A stretch of DNA of 64,000 nucleotides from Paraspadella gotoi. Lineage: Eukaryota; Animalia; Chaetognatha. Positions 1 to 14,357 of the stretch are shown here, in pieces; position 1 is the first letter of the stretch; each line of letters starts with the position of its first letter. A program made the position numbers and the translations under genes. Under the pieces are notes generated by a model. The model was not told the origin of the DNA. It ran no database searches and was given only the letters and a program-made list of their open reading frames with translations. The stretch spans positions 14,918,963-14,982,962 of the forward strand of contig CM119265.1 of NCBI GenBank assembly GCA_051294375.1. Direction: 5' to 3'.

Positions 1-61
1 GCCTACTTTCAGCTAAAATCTACATAAAAAAACGAGAGAGAGAGATACAGAAAGAGAGATA

Positions 62-1231
62 TTAATTAGGCTTCGACACGGATAATTGTTCTAGTTGAGC
101 CGGTAACTTGGATGTTCCCTTCGTCTGATCGTTGCCAAGACCTCCGCTCCGACGCCGCGATCGAGGGCTCGGCGTCAATCGACCATTGGAGCCGCCTGTT
201 CGATGAACAATGTGATCGTGATAGATACCAGATGTCCGATAAACAAAAACAGGAAAAAACAGCACGAGGAAAACTCTTCTAATCTAAACCTGACGATTTG
301 GAGCCTTTTGATATCTTAGGCCTGGCGGAGACGTTGAGATGTCTATCTTCGGCCCGGTGAACGACGTAATCGGGCAGGCATGTTTTCACATCGATCAGGA
401 GAGGGACGTAATAGAATCTTTCCTCAATAGGATTTACGCTGGAGAGAAATTCGAGGAACTTTATAACCCGGGAACAGAAGAGGTTTTGGCCACAGAACGA
501 TGTTTAACGTCAAACCTCTTATCGTGCTGATCCTTGGAAAGAGTGCTCGAATCGAGGGGCCTCATGTTAGTCGAACTGGGTCGAGAGGTTGGACTCTTTG
601 GCGACGACGACGGCGACGAGATTCGACGACTTTTCCCTGAATAGTTAAAATTGTTTTTTTTTGGTTTAATACAAGCAATATATTACATACATACAAATTA
701 ACTGAATTCATAACAATTTACAAACCAACCATATTCAAGTTAAAAAAATAACCTGGGGTTTTCATCACCGAAACAACGCCGAGAAGAGTTTTTTCGTACA
801 ACTTTCTTCTATCCGCTTCCAGAATTTTCTTGATCAAGTGCAACTGAGAATCAGGAGTCGACGGATCGAGGATCTTTTTCTCCACTACCACGTATCCTTG
901 TCCGTTTTCTTCGGGACAAAGTCGCTTGGCCGCGTGATCCCTTTTAGGTAGGAACAGAGTTACTGATTAGCCGCATCAATGAAGCGATATCAACGAACCG
1001 TTTCGACACCTACAACGGATTTGCCTCGTCGAGTTCCATAACCAAGCCATCTTCCGAAGTCAGCTCCAGACGATTTTCGATCACCTTGACCGGCTCTTCG
1101 GCATTAGAGATCACCGGATCGTAGACATTTGCGGAAACTTTACGACGCACGAACCCCAAAAAATTCACGGTGGCCGAGTGGGGATTTGCGATGAAGTTAT
1201 CGTTTCTTCCGTGACGGAGGGTGACGAACAT
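62..1231 (-). CDS. CXorf65/C22orf15-like protein, multi-exon (exon1 1231-1014, exon2 940-753, Ser/Pro/Arg-rich exon3 ~637-62; probable frameshift errors)
   Basis: MFVTLRHGRNDNFIANPHSATVNFLGFVRRKV...LELTSEDG splices in frame (GT 1013-1012, AG 942-941) to DHAAKRLCPEENGQGYVVVEK; resembles the recalled CXorf65 pattern MFIxIKHG..NxNC..LLxYIR. Confidence 0.5.
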
Positions 1232-3389
1232 GGTGATTTCGAAGATCCGGTTCGCGATTTTTGAATTAGATTAATCGTGTTATTTTTCAGTTAAAATTGT
1301 CGGTAGGAAGCAGAAAAAGATAAGGCAGCGATAATTGTCGAAGCGTTCTTTAAATACTTGGGAGGTTGGCGAACTCGAAGTTAAACGCGGGAAGAAATTC
1401 TTTTCGATTTTACGACTTTCGGGTTAAAAATTCTTTCTAAAAAATCAGGAATGTGAGAAGTCACGGTTTTTGTTTTTGTTAGTTTTTTTTTTTTTTTTTT
1501 TTTTTTTTATTTCCGACAGTGCCTTTTTGTTTAAAATTAGGGGTGGCGCCAGAACTATCAGAATTATTAAATGACCTCGTTGTGGGCACTTAATAATTCT
1601 GATTGTCCTAGGGAAAATCTTCACAAGCATTGACAGTTTACAATTGCTTTCTTATAACGAATCGGCGGTCAGCGTTCTTCAATTAAAGCTTTTCATTCAC
1701 CCGTTTTTTTGTTTTCTCTTTTCAAAAAAATTGTTTCATGGAATTTACTTTTGTTCTCTCTTGGTAGACTAACCCAAATTTGACTAAATTTTTTCATAGA
1801 GCGGAAAAAGTAAAATTTTGGTTAATATAGATTCCTCCATAAATTTTTAAATTTGTCAGAACGTTTTTCTCTTTTTTTTCCATATTTTTTTGACACGCTA
1901 AACGTTTCTCTGATTACACAAAATTTCATGAAAAAAATAAAAAAATAATAGTACCAATAGTTAGTGTTATGTCTCGAATAGATGGAAAAAAACCTCGTTT
2001 AAATATTCGATCGGGAAGTGGGGTAACTAAGGCTTACCAATGGCATCCTCCACGCCAATCGTTCTCTCAAATAATTTTTTTTATTTAATACATTTGAAAG
2101 GGAAAAAAAGAAAATTCAGAATGCAGGTTGCAAAAAGGGTACAGATAATCTGGACATACTGACATGATAATCATGACCTTTTATGTCTTGTGAAATGGGG
2201 GCAGTAAAGAAACCTAAAAAATTCGATCATTAAGTCAGTCAATGAACCCTTTCCAATGGGCTATTCCGCGAAATTTTTTTTCTTAATTAAAACGGATGAT
2301 AAGTAATAGAATTAAATTCCTTGTATAAAGGTTGTTATATTTAAAAGAAAATTATCAATACAGATAAACACAATGATGTCTTGCTTAGTCAAATATGTTG
2401 CCAGCTATGTAATTTTTTAAAATTTTATTATGATAAACAAGCATGGTGTCAAGCTTTTTGTTTGCAGTTGAAGATAATGAAAAATGACAATTTTTTTTTC
2501 ACAGACAAGAAGGTAGACGTCCAGACTGTTTATATCAATCTGAAAATATTTTTGTATTTATCATTTTTCATATTTAAAAAAACATTTTAACCAGCTACTT
2601 CATAAATTTTTGCTTGTTTTTTACTTTAACTAAAAAATACAAGCAAATTTATAGAGTAGAGCAAATTTAATGGTAATCAAAATGTAATTTAGTCTTTCCT
2701 TTTTCATATTACGAAAGAAGAAAAAAAATTTCACATGCCTTCATTGAAATTTTTAATGCAAAAAACTGTTATACTTTTAACTCCGATTTAAATAAAAGCT
2801 GAGTAAAGATTTATGGATAAAATTTAATAAAACTATTTTAGAGAGGTGTCCCATGATTAGGGCTTTAATTTAATACCTCACCCACATTCTTACCTCTTTT
2901 CTTTTCAAAGTTATTCAAGAAAATAACTTTTTTACCGTTAGAGAACTAAGGATTTGAACTACGCAGTACAAATCTTTGTTAAATAAAAATTTTGCCAAAG
3001 TGGGAGTATCTCAATTTATCCTATTGGTACAATACCTAAATTTTAAAATAAAACCTAAAGAAAAATTTTCCGTCCTCTAGAGACATATCACTTTCAGGTG
3101 TACCCATCGTCTTACACATTTATGGATTATGCTGGAAGAAATCAGCAAAACGTTTTCTCTTTTTTTTAAATAGTTTGTACTAGCGCGTCAGAAATCTAAG
3201 AAGAAACTCGAAAATTTTATTCTGACAAATTTTGCCTTTCAAGGCTGACGTTTATGACTATATCTCGGAAACCATTGTAGGAATTTTAAAACGGTTTTTT
3301 GCAAGTGAATATTGATATCATCCTCCAGGGACCGGCATAAAAATATATTAAAAAATAAACTAATATTGGCTCTCGAGTGAGGTATCTAG

Positions 3390-4241
3390 TTAATAACTTT
3401 TATCTCTGTACTCACCTTTTCTTTGCTTTCGGCTGGGTAACGTTCGAGAATAATAAGATGGGGGATATTCGTGGTTTTCGTTTTCTCTCGTCGGTTGCGA
3501 TTGGTATTTAAAGTGATATCGCATTCTTGGCAAGCTTTGAGTGGGGCTACGGTCCGGGCGTAGGCACCCATCTGAGTAAACGTCTTTCGTATTAATGATG
3601 TGCGGTGACGGAATCCAAAGAGTGGCATTGCCGCTGAGCATATTATCGGAGCAAGCATTCTTTAATACCCCTTCTCCCTCTTCCCAGAAGCTCGCCGTTG
3701 GGAAATCGAAAGAACTTAATTCGTAGGCACTTCTCGTCATGTCGAAGGCCTCCGTCGAGTCACGGTACTTCGAGTCGGGCGAAAACGATACCCGCCTTTC
3801 TGGTGAGGTCAAACCTTTGATTCGAGGAACCGATCCCATGACCGGAAAGGTAGGTTTAGGTCGTTTAAAGGACGCGGGAATAAAGTTACTGTCAGAACGT
3901 ACCGACCACGACCGTTCTAGTTTCGACCGATTCTGTTCACGAAAATGTCGCGAATGCAAATGAGGCGGCGAAAAGGAATCGGAACGTCGAACAGAGTTAT
4001 TCACGACCGCGGGTTGAAAATGGGGTCGGGCTTCGTCGGCGGAATGCCGCGGCGTCACCGATGGCGAAGACGAGGAACGTAGGACCGTGTTCTCTGGGAT
4101 TATTTTTAGTTTCGCCTGTTTGGCGGTTCCGTCAGATTTTCCCGGCATTTTTGTGACTATATTAAATAAACTTATGAATCGAATGTATTTAGAAATTTTA
4201 TTCCGGGATAAGTTGACAGTTGTTTTTCTATTTTTTATCAT
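3390..4241 (-). CDS. Uncharacterised Ser/Pro/Arg-rich, probably disordered protein (likely start MPGKSDG)
   Basis: 283-aa ORF, GC-richer than flanks, contains RRVSF; no family recognised. Confidence 0.5.
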   Translation of the reverse strand: MIKNRKTTVNLSRNKISKYIRFISLFNIVTKMPGKSDGTAKQAKLKIIPENTVLRSSSSPSVTPRHSADEARPHFQPAVVNNSVRRSDSFSPPHLHSRHFREQNRSKLERSWSVRSDSNFIPASFKRPKPTFPVMGSVPRIKGLTSPERRVSFSPDSKYRDSTEAFDMTRSAYELSSFDFPTASFWEEGEGVLKNACSDNMLSGNATLWIPSPHIINTKDVYSDGCLRPDRSPTQSLPRMRYHFKYQSQPTRENENHEYPPSYYSRTLPSRKQRKGEYRDKSY

Positions 4242-4899
4242 CGGTAAAAGTAAAGAGGGAAAATCAACTGAAAAGAGATGTACGTAGTTGCGGGAATGAG
4301 TAATGAATTAGTCTTAATTGAATTAGAGAAGATTCGCATTCACAAGGTTAGAAGAAACTGATGATAACGCAGGAGCGAGGAGTTTAAATTACCTTTATTA
4401 TCTTAATACACACGATCGTGTCGATTTGACCCCGATTTGTCTTCAAAATATTGAACTTTCGAGAAGAATCGAAAATAAATCTGATATTTAATTCAAGTTT
4501 GGAAGACTTTGGTAGCATGAAAGTAAAAATAAAACTGGCTGCAAAAATTATATCAGTTAACTCCTAACCACTCTTGATTGCTTGATAGGATGAGATGAAT
4601 TTTTGGGTCTTACTATTGAGGCCTCGCCTTGGGCCGAGCATATAAATAATTATAATAAATATTATAATAAGGGAAAAAGTTTTTTTAAAAATAAAATTTT
4701 AAACAGATAATCTACTACGATTTATCATCACCTTGCGTGATAAGGGTGTAAAATAAAATAACACTAAATGAAGTAATTATCGTCTGACTGTTATTGTTTT
4801 ACGAATTAGTTAATGTTTCACAACATATCATAGAATAGATACATCTCAATCTCCCAATAAAAAAAAAAGATTAAAAATCTATTTAGTCGATTTAATATT

Positions 4900-7030
4900 T
4901 AAGTCAGCTCATTCTCTATCATTGGATTTTTTGAGTAATTTGTGTTCTGGAGCTCGAAGTTTAACTTGAAAACTGTAAATTGATTGAGTTGCGATTTTTT
5001 TATGACGAAAAAGTTTGACGTTTAGCACGAATTTTCAAAGGGCACGATCGTACGATAAAGATGAAAAAGTTGTATTCGCGACGAATGGGGTTGTAAAAAA
5101 TCGAGTCGGTCCGCCTTCCTCATATCCAGATTCGATAGTCGGCATCCTCGTCGTCGCGATCATCGTGATACTCGCCACATCGATCGGCCCGTTCATCACC
5201 AGGACGAAAGGAACACAAGTTATTCAGGGAGAGAAAGAGGGGGTGAGAGCTCGAAAGAGATTCATTATTCAATAGCTCGTCGTTCTCTGCGCCGATTTTC
5301 CGTTGAAAGGAGTTTTTTTCCTAACCGGATGAGCGGCGAAAAGAGAGGACGGAAAAAATGTCTCACCTTAATTACTCACTTGTTCGTCATTTTCTTAAAG
5401 TTAAACTTATTAATATATATATGGGTATACTATTATAACGTATGTATAAACAAATGGGCTCTATAATCTTATTATACAACGATGAACACATTAAAGTTTA
5501 TTCAATATCAAAATAACAACTTTTTTTAAACGAAGAATGATGTAGAACAGGCAAATTATAAATGGATACTGAATATGAAACTGCAATTCCAGTGATTAAC
5601 AATGAGATTCTGGTGTATAATTTACATCGTGTAAGAGCGAGACGAATTGAAACAAATCTTTCTGCCAAGACTATCTTATTCCCCCTTCAAAGGGCAGAAA
5701 TCAATCAATAGGCTTAAGCACTTCGATTTAAAGCAATAAGTTAAACGTGGGCCCAATTTAAAAATAAAATTTATTTAATAAAAAACCTAGTTTTTTTTCA
5801 TAGTTTAGTTATTCATGTTTTTAAACGAAACTCACCTTGAAAATAGATAGGGGATGCATGAGTGGGGACCACGATTACGGCACATTCGTCGAATTCGTCC
5901 ATTTTTTACGTTGAATTGAAGCTGTTTTAAAATTGTTCTGTATCATTCACACGACGAATCTTGGACAGGACCCGCATAGTTGAGGTTAACTCCGGGCTTA
6001 TCGTTTCCTTCTGTTAGTGTTCTCCGCAATTATCAATAATTAGGAGACAGCGATTCCCTTTTATTTTGCACAGTTCACAGACAAATTTGAAAAATACAGT
6101 CGCCGTTCTGAAGCCTACAGTTACTGGTTTCTTGTCCAAACCGGTTGAAATGAGACTCAGAAAAACGCTTTTTAATTATAAATTAATTTCTACTCTAATA
6201 TTGTTTTATTAAATTAGAGAGTATAATGGGAGAACAAAAATTGTAATTAGATATTCGTGTTAAAGAAGCAGTGACGAATTTTAATATCCTGAAGAGACAG
6301 TAATTATTGATAAGTGTTAATGACAGAACCGTTCAATATAAGCATTAAGCAGTCCCTGAGCTTCGGATCAGGCTGTAACACCATGTTACAGGCGGGTTAA
6401 GCGCCCCGTCCCTCTTAACTGCCAGACGACCTCAGACCCCGGACCTTTGGGTTGGGAGGCGAATGACTTGCCTCGGGCACCAATGGCCGCTGATGAACGG
6501 TTGGTGGATTTTAGTCCACCATAATCCGTTTGATATGAGTGTTCCTTTTATCACCCCCATATTATCGCTTCATCTATATAACCAATGGTCCTGGGGTCTC
6601 GCCCTAATTGGAACAGTTGTTGCGAAAAAGTAACGGAACGATCAGCAAACCTCCCGTCGGATCTGAATTCCCGAGAAGGAAGTTAACATATGGAAAATCG
6701 GAAGTGTGGCGGCTCTCAGGGGGCATCCTCTAGCACTTTAATTAAATTCTTTTTGAAGCCCAGGGCCCACGAAAGGTTACACTAATTGCCAATATCGAAA
6801 CAATTTGACTAGAAATTACTCACTAAACCAGAGAGTAAAGGCACATCATAATTACAAATAATTAACTCTGGAGAACCACCTGTATTTAAAACGTCTCGTG
6901 CTAACATTACATGCAATCATCCCCATTTCCAATATCGCCAGCGTCCTGCAATAGCTTTTCATGAATAATTCTATTCTTGAGGGAAATTGTATCTAAGTGT
7001 CAAGGAAAAAAGTAGGTAGTTTGAATAATT
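4900..7030 (-). CDS. Possible multi-exon unknown gene broken by sequencing indels
   Basis: GC-richer exon-like blocks (~4900-5385, ~5835-6150, ~6590-7000); donor CAAG|GTGAG at ~5836; frames differ between duplicate copies. Confidence 0.25.
6290..6523 (-). mobile_element. Solo LTR of the tRNA/twister miniature LTR element
   Basis: Full LTR TATGG...CTCTTCA on minus strand; TSD ATCC at 6286-6289 and 6524-6527. Confidence 0.9.
6349..6422 (-). ncRNA. Putative type-P5 twister ribozyme, intact core
   Basis: GCAGUU AA GAGG GA CGG GGCGCU UAA CCC GC [P3 hairpin] CCUGA UCCGAAGC UCAGG GACUGC. Confidence 0.75.
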
Positions 7031-7881
7031 TTGAAGTTTCAGTTTTTATTTCATAATTAAAGAATTGCCAAGCAGTCGAAACGAAACAAAATCAATCAAT
7101 CAATCAATAAATAAACAATATTCCCAATCATTGTACCATAAAATTTAATATAACAGCGAATATTAAATATTTTTATAGTAACTTCTAGATCTAGAGATGC
7201 CTTTGAGTAAAAGTTACACACCACACTTGTTTACAATAGTACATTAACTTTTTACTCTTTCCTAAAAAGTAAAGTGGGGGCAAAAATCAACGAGAAAAGT
7301 AGATATTTCATCGAGATTAAAATAAAAGTTAAAATGCAAAAGCATATGGATTTGAAAACACTATTTAACAATCAATCATCAACAATACATTTTTCTTAAG
7401 GGGTAAATAGTAATCAATTCGCTCGTATTCAAATCCAAACACTAAAATGATAACTGAATAAATAACATGCGTTAAACAAGGATATCGCTCTTTGGGACGT
7501 TATATTTAAATTAACTCGACATGTACGACACGATTTGTTTTTTTTTGAATAGGCAAAAAATCTACCTTGTAGTTAAGATATGACTAAATAAAAGATAATC
7601 AGTAAAAATTCAAGTATAAAGCAAATTTTATTTTCTTATAATGGTCCGACTATATAAACAGTTTTGTCGGTTTATCCGTCCGTCATATCTTATTTGGTTC
7701 ATATTAGAATACTGAATTATAAGAAATATGCAAAAAAATTAAGTACCTCCATCGTTCCATACGTTTATTCGTCCGTCTATCTTTAGCTTTGACCGGTCAT
7801 TACTCATGAGTGAATTAATTGATCTGAAATTTTGCGTGTAGCAAGAAAAGTTGTTGATTGAGCTTGAAATTAAGTTTGGAT

Positions 7882-7884
<3 letters not shown>

Positions 7885-7927
<43 letters not shown>

Positions 7928-7930
7928 TCT
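7885..7930. repeat. (TC)n microsatellite
   Basis: Direct read; shorter in the duplicate copy. Confidence 0.95.
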
Positions 7931-8333
7931 ATTTTTTTTCCCTTTGATCTTTTTTTCTTTACTTACCTTACCTCCCTGCTCCTTTGTATTCATACATTCA
8001 TATGACTTTTTTATAGGTTTTAATATACCTAAATATGTAAGTTGGATAGTAATTTAATTAGATATTGATTTTATATTTAGTATAATTTTAAAATTAATGA
8101 TAAAAAATTTTAGTTTTGAAACCTACTTATCCATAAGATCGAGATCCCGGTATGTGATGTGTAAACAACAAAGATATAACAAAGTATCAATAATTTTATG
8201 ACATGGCCATTGGAAACATGACAAATATGACATGACCAATGAAAAACAAAAAACAAAAACAGAAACCAGTTTTAAAATTAAATTGACCATCATTCTCTTG
8301 GGTAAAATAAATGAATAAATGAAAACAAGATTG

Positions 8334-11300
8334 TCATTCTTCCCTGAGTAATGTTTTGCTGACTCGAGTTCGCACACGAATGGATCGACGAAGCGGCAAA
8401 TGAGAAGAAAACTCTCGCAGAACGCATTGCTGAAACTTCGCTTGTCCTCTGGTAAAAATTTAAATTTAACAGGATTTTAAATCCCAAGTGAAATTTCATT
8501 TTAAAAGTTGTTAAGTTTTACCTGAGAATTTTGTTGAGATCCTGGTGCCTCTCCTCGTCCTCACACATTAGTTCAGCGTACTCATTGATGAACTCAATGA
8601 AAGTGTTGCTTATGCTGTCGAAGAGAGCGTCTTGAATTTCGATTTCGGTTCCAAGCGCCGACAAGACCTCACGCAATATGGGGATAACGTAAGTGGCGCT
8701 GTGATGAAAAATAGGCATTGTATGATAGCTATGCTTGACTCCTACTCGATTCATACTACCCGCTAACCTGTAGTCAACATCCATGTGGACGACCGCGACC
8801 GAAAGCGCTGCGATCCAGGCGCCGATATCCTCCACTTTTTTCGACTGAATTCGAGAGAGAAGCAAAGTCTCGATCATTTCCCCACCGCATGACAGAAGCA
8901 GGCAGGCGGCGTTTTCCAGGAGCCATGTGTCTCCGTGAAGGATGGTCACTTCGTGCATCAGAGTTAAAACTTCCCTAATTTGGTTTCGGTTATGTAGCTA
9001 CACGGTCACAGAACAGTAGCAAAAGACACTTATTAAAATTTGATTATATAATCCTAGTTTTGTCCCCTTGATTTTAAAATAATAATTTATATACATTTTT
9101 TACCAACCAAGAAGTTTTTCAATTCAATCTTATCAAATTAAAATTTTTAAATAATTTTAAAAATATTAATGTCTGTGATACAGGATATATTATTCTTTCA
9201 GTGTATGAAATTGGCACAACCAATATAAAAAATTATCTATTCATTTAATAAATAAGCTTTCTTTCAACTGACTTTGGGCAGGCTTTGGTGGTTAATGAAA
9301 TAGCAGGTCCCTGCAAGCTTTCAATCAAGACACTTTTATATATAAAGTTTATTCACTCCCAGAGTACCTGGCTACCCTATCAATGAAGTGGTATAATGTT
9401 TCAAAGAACGTTTCAGTTGTATGAAAAGACCATAATATTTATTAGTTAAAAAACCACTTCATGTTGACTTTAAAAAATGTTCAAATTTTAATAATATAAT
9501 CAGTGGCTCTCAAGCCCGGAGTCACTTTTCTTCATTTTTTTCTTCCAAATTTTAAGTTAATTTTTAACACTGATCTTGAAGTTATCTGATATAAAAAGAA
9601 AAATTTCTGGTGATAAAACATTTTTATTTTTTAATAGGAAAACGTGATGATTATGATATATAATTTTTGTGATACAATTTTGGTGATACATTTACTGCAA
9701 ATGATTATTTTTGCAAAATGTTTTTGCCTGTAAGAACAGTTAAGTATAACCTACAGCGAATCAATTTTACTTTTACCTGTGCGACCACAATGAAGAAGCC
9801 ATGTAAAGTGACCTCAAAGCGTCGGCTAAAGGAGAGAACCATTCTCGCGCGGCTTCGGATGAAGGCGGTGTCATCTCCCCCATATCTGACCATCGGATCG
9901 TGGGAAAACCAAAACGAGAAGAATCCAAAGGTCCAAAGAGGACGTATAGCAAAAAACTGCACAAATTATAACATTATGCTTTTTTTTTTAAATTATATCT
10001 AAACCTTAGGATATCTTAACGGTTAACCTCTAAGATACAGTAAAAAAACTTACAAGCATAAAAATACAGTCAAACAGAGACAGAAGAGCCCCACAAAAAT
10101 TTTATAACTTACGCTTTGATCTTAACAGTTCGTCCGTGTAAAATCCGAGTGATCCAGATTGCTAACTCACGCATTTCTAGCTTCCCGTTGCGCAACAAAA
10201 CTTGCTTAACGAATTTTCTAAAAATTTAACGAAACCGTTTCACGTTGACATTTTTGTTCTCCTCGTCTGGAAATTTTTCATCCACGAATCCTCTAGCAAT
10301 AACCTGAGTTTCATTTCAAGGAAAGGAAATTCTCCCGGAGCCTTCGATGAGAGAATATCGACGCGAGTCTTCATCATGCAGTGCTTCGAAAAGAAGTTGA
10401 ACGCGTAATCTGCCTCAGATTCTTCCCATCCAGCGACGAAAGTATGGAACATCTCGCCTGTCGTCGATTCAGTCCGAAAAAATAACTTATCCAACATATC
10501 AGAAAATGGACCGATAGATGGATATGATTATGATAGACAAAATCGTTTGCTTCTCTTGGCTTTTCCGTATTTTCTTCTGATTCAATTTCTACAATGCCAA
10601 ACACGCTTGAAAGGCTTACCTAGCAAGACCAGGCCGTCGCAAGAGTCGCGCGTGCATGCGACGGTTTGAGCAGTGAAGCAATCGAGTGACGCCCCCACAT
10701 TCATTAGAATTGGAAGTCGTCCGCGAGTGGGAATCAAGCAAGTTTTCCGCTTCAGATAAACTGCCAATTTGTGAACGTGATTAAGGGACGATCCTCGGAT
10801 ATCCCTGTTAATTGATTAGAAGAATATATAATATATATATAAAAGTTTGAGCAAACAATGTCGGATCTGCCCACGATCATTAGCGGTAATTAATAAATTA
10901 ATTAATTTGATCCGAATGTTTTTTTTAGGTCTTCTTGTCTCTGACCAAACAAAAGCAACGACGACGATGATGGCGATGACAAATAATGCCGATAACGATT
11001 GACTTGATTGAGGATTGATTAAATAATTAATTAATTGATAAATTGATTGATTGAATAATTAATAGATAAATAAAATGATTGATGAATAATTAATTGATTG
11101 ATTGACAGATTAATTAATAATGATTAATTAACTGATTAATTATTTTATAAATTAATACATCTTGTATTTATATTATATATTATATTATATTTAATATAAA
11201 AAGAAAGAAGCTTAATCAATTAGTAAAACGGGTTTTTTGTTTTTTTCATTTTAACTCATTTCCACTAAAACGATTCTTTCAAAACTTGATTTCCAGCTTC

Positions 11301-11851
11301 GTCACACATTTCCCTACCCACACACAAAATTTCATTCCAATCCAACCATCCAATCACAGAATAATTGGAGTTTTTTGCTAAGGTGGGACGGACGGACGAA
11401 CAGACATTTTTTTTGCATAAATTATTATTTATTATTCGATGTTCTGACATGATATAAGTGAATTAGGGGCGGACCGACGGACCGACAAAGTGAATTATAG
11501 TCGACTAAAAAAGCAGATCCAAGTAAAAATACATCATGAAATAGACCTGAAATGCAATGATTTCACATCGAGTCTCCGTCGGCCGCCTTTTGTATCGAAA
11601 TAGGACGAAACGCTATCTTCCATCAGCTTGGAGGTATTAGACAGTTTACCCAGACTCGCGAGGTCGACGAAGTCGAAAAGTCTGAAAAGTACCTCTGGTG
11701 AAAGACTGTTAAAAAATCCCAGAGGTGGCGGCGATGCCAGCGACGGCGAAGACTCCGTATGCCAATTTTTTGATGGAAAAACAACGTAAGATGCCAAACG
11801 GTTTAAACAAAACGGAACCGGTCGATACGTAGTTTTCCCGACAACAGCCAT
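8334..11851 (-). CDS. FBXO47: F-box only protein 47-like, about 5 exons (~11851-11547, ~10805-10113, ~9950-9777, ~8960-8521, ~8450-8334)
   Basis: F-box LGFFNSLSPEVLFRLFDFVDLASLGKLS, then LKRKTCLIPTRGRL, FVAGWEESE, LEMKLRLLL, LLYVLFGP, LADALRSLY, WLLENAACLLL, GQAKFQQCVL in the order of FBXO47 motifs. Confidence 0.85.
10843..11520 (-). mobile_element. Helentron-associated (HINE/DINE-1-like) non-autonomous element, family A, in FBXO47 intron (duplicate at ~18783-19465)
   Basis: Subterminal repeat GTCGGATCTGC, terminal hairpin GTTTG-CT-CAAAC, GTCC-type microsatellite; homologous to 33325-34050. Confidence 0.6.
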
Positions 11852-14357
11852 GGTGGACTGAAATGGACTGGACTGGACTGTACCATTTACAAAATATAAT
11901 AAAAAGCAATTATAATATTAAAACATACAAGAAGATGAAATCCAAAATAAGTAATTGCTAATTAATTTAGTATAGATCGAAATGAAAGGAATATAATTAA
12001 GCAAAGTCTTCTTCAGTTTCAATCTTTCCTTTCTTTTCCCATAATTCTCGAACAGCGAAAACACCCCTTTCACAAGTACTATTGGTCAAAAAAGTATCAC
12101 GATTCTTGGCGCGAAATCTCCACTCGCGCGGTAGGCATAACATGGTACGGATGACACTAACAAACAAACAACAATTGCATTATTATCAAGACTTTAACAT
12201 TCTTAAAAGTATATATATAGAAAGTCCAACCTATTAGGTGGTTTCGTAGATTTTCCTAAAGAATCAAGGTTATTTGGTGAAAGCTCTTCCCACTCCACCA
12301 TTTCCTCTTCAACCAATTTCCAAGAGGGTAAAGCAAAAATACCTCGTCGACATCCCTAAAAAGACGACAGCACGAAATTCGTATAAAAGGGAAATTTATT
12401 TGTATTTATTTTTATGCGTATTTATTGGTATAAATAAATATATTAATTAACAGCTTAATCCAAAGAGCCAGTTTAAGTTTTCCCCCCCTCGTATTTTGCA
12501 AACCTCGAATATTTTAAAAGATTCATTCTTTGAAGAGATAATGTTTTTCAATGGATCCACTAGGTTTTGAACGTTCGAATCTGAAATAAAAAAATATTTG
12601 CTCTAATTTATTTATGATCTTAACGGGGTTGACATAAAAACTGTTTTTTTTTAGGGTTTTATTGGTTTTTTGGGGAGTTTTTTAAATTGTAGATGTCAGA
12701 TTGTTATAAAAAATATTTTTAAAATATAAACTTAGGAAATATAAACTAAAGGAAAATGGTACCGAAGCCAGCACGATTATACTTTATCATTAAAATTGTA
12801 ATCGGGCATTGCCTAGGTTCACCCCGCCTATAAGCATGACAAGAGAGAGATCATAGAATGATACATCTCATCTCCCAATAAAAAAAAAAATTAATTATTT
12901 AGTCGAATATAAATATTTAAGAAGGCAGCTATTCTCTATCACATTGGAATTTTTTGTGTAATTTGTGTTCTGGAGCTCGAGTTTAACTTGAAAACTGTAA
13001 TTGATTGAGTTGCGATTTTTTTATGACGAAAAAGTTTGACGTTAAGCAGCGAATTTTCAAAGGGCACGATCGTAAACGATAAAGATGAAAAAGTTGTATT
13101 CCGCCGTCCGAATGGGGTTGTAAAAATCGAGTCGGTCCGCCTTCTCATATCCAGATTCGATAGTCGGCATCCCTCGTAGTCGCGAGTCATCGTGAGATAC
13201 TCGCCACATGCGATCGGCCCGTTCATCACCATGGACGAAAGGAACACAAGTTATTCAGGGAGAGAAAGAGGGGGTGAGAGCTCGAAAGAGATTCATTATT
13301 CAATTAGCTCGTCGTTCTCTGCGTCGATTTTAACGTTGAAAGAGTTTTTTTTTCCTAACCGGTGAGCGGCCGAAAAGAAGAGGAACGGAAAAAAATGTCT
13401 CACGCTTATACTCCACAATTGTTTCGTCATTTTCTTAAAAGTTTAAAACTTATTAATATATATATGGGTATACTATTATAACGTATGTATAACAAATGGG
13501 CCTCTATAATCTTATTATACAACGATGAACCACATTAAAGTTTATCAATATCATAATAACTTTTTTTAAAACAGAAGAATGATGTAGAACAGGCATTATA
13601 AATGGATACTGAATATGAAAACTGCAATTCCAGTGATTCAATGAGATTCTGGTGTATAAATTTTACATCGTGTAAGAGCGAAGACGAATTGAAACAAATC
13701 TTTCTGCCAAAGAATATCTTATTCCCTTCAAGGACAGAAAATCAATCAATAGGCTTAAGACTTCGATTTTAAAGCAATAAGTTAAACGTGGGCCCATTTA
13801 AAAATAAAATTTATTTAATAAAAAACCATAGTTTTTTTTCATAGTGTTAGTTATTCATGTTTTTAAAACGAATCACCTTGAAAATAGATATGGGGGATGC
13901 ATGAGTGGGGGACCACGATTACGGCACATTCGTCGAATTCGTCCATTTTTTACGTTGAAATTGAAAGCGTTTTAAAATTGTTCTGTATCATTTCACATAC
14001 GACGATCTTGGACAGGACCCGCATAGGTTGAGGTTTAACTCCGGCTTATGCGTTTCCTGTCTGTTTAAGTGTTCTCCGCAATTATCAATAATTAGGAGAC
14101 AGCGATTCCCGTTTTATTTTTGGCAAACAGTTCAGCAGAGCAAATTTGAAAAAATACAGTCGCCGTTCTTGAATGCCCTACAGTTACTGTTTCTTGTCCA
14201 AACCGGTTGAAATGAGACTCAGAAAAACGCTTTTTTTTAATTATAAATTAATTCTTAACTCTAATATTGTTTTATTAAATTAGAGAGTATAATGGGAGAA
14301 CAAAAATTGTAATTAGAATATTCGTGTTAAAAGAAGCAGTGACGAATTTTAATACCT

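Larger units (their letters stand above)
4827..12838 (+). repeat. Copy 1 of ~8-kb direct tandem duplication (copy 2 at 12850-20782), probably an assembly artefact
   Basis: Collinear near-identity; differences are mostly 1-bp indels; both copies end in CCCCGCCTATAAGCATG. Confidence 0.9.
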
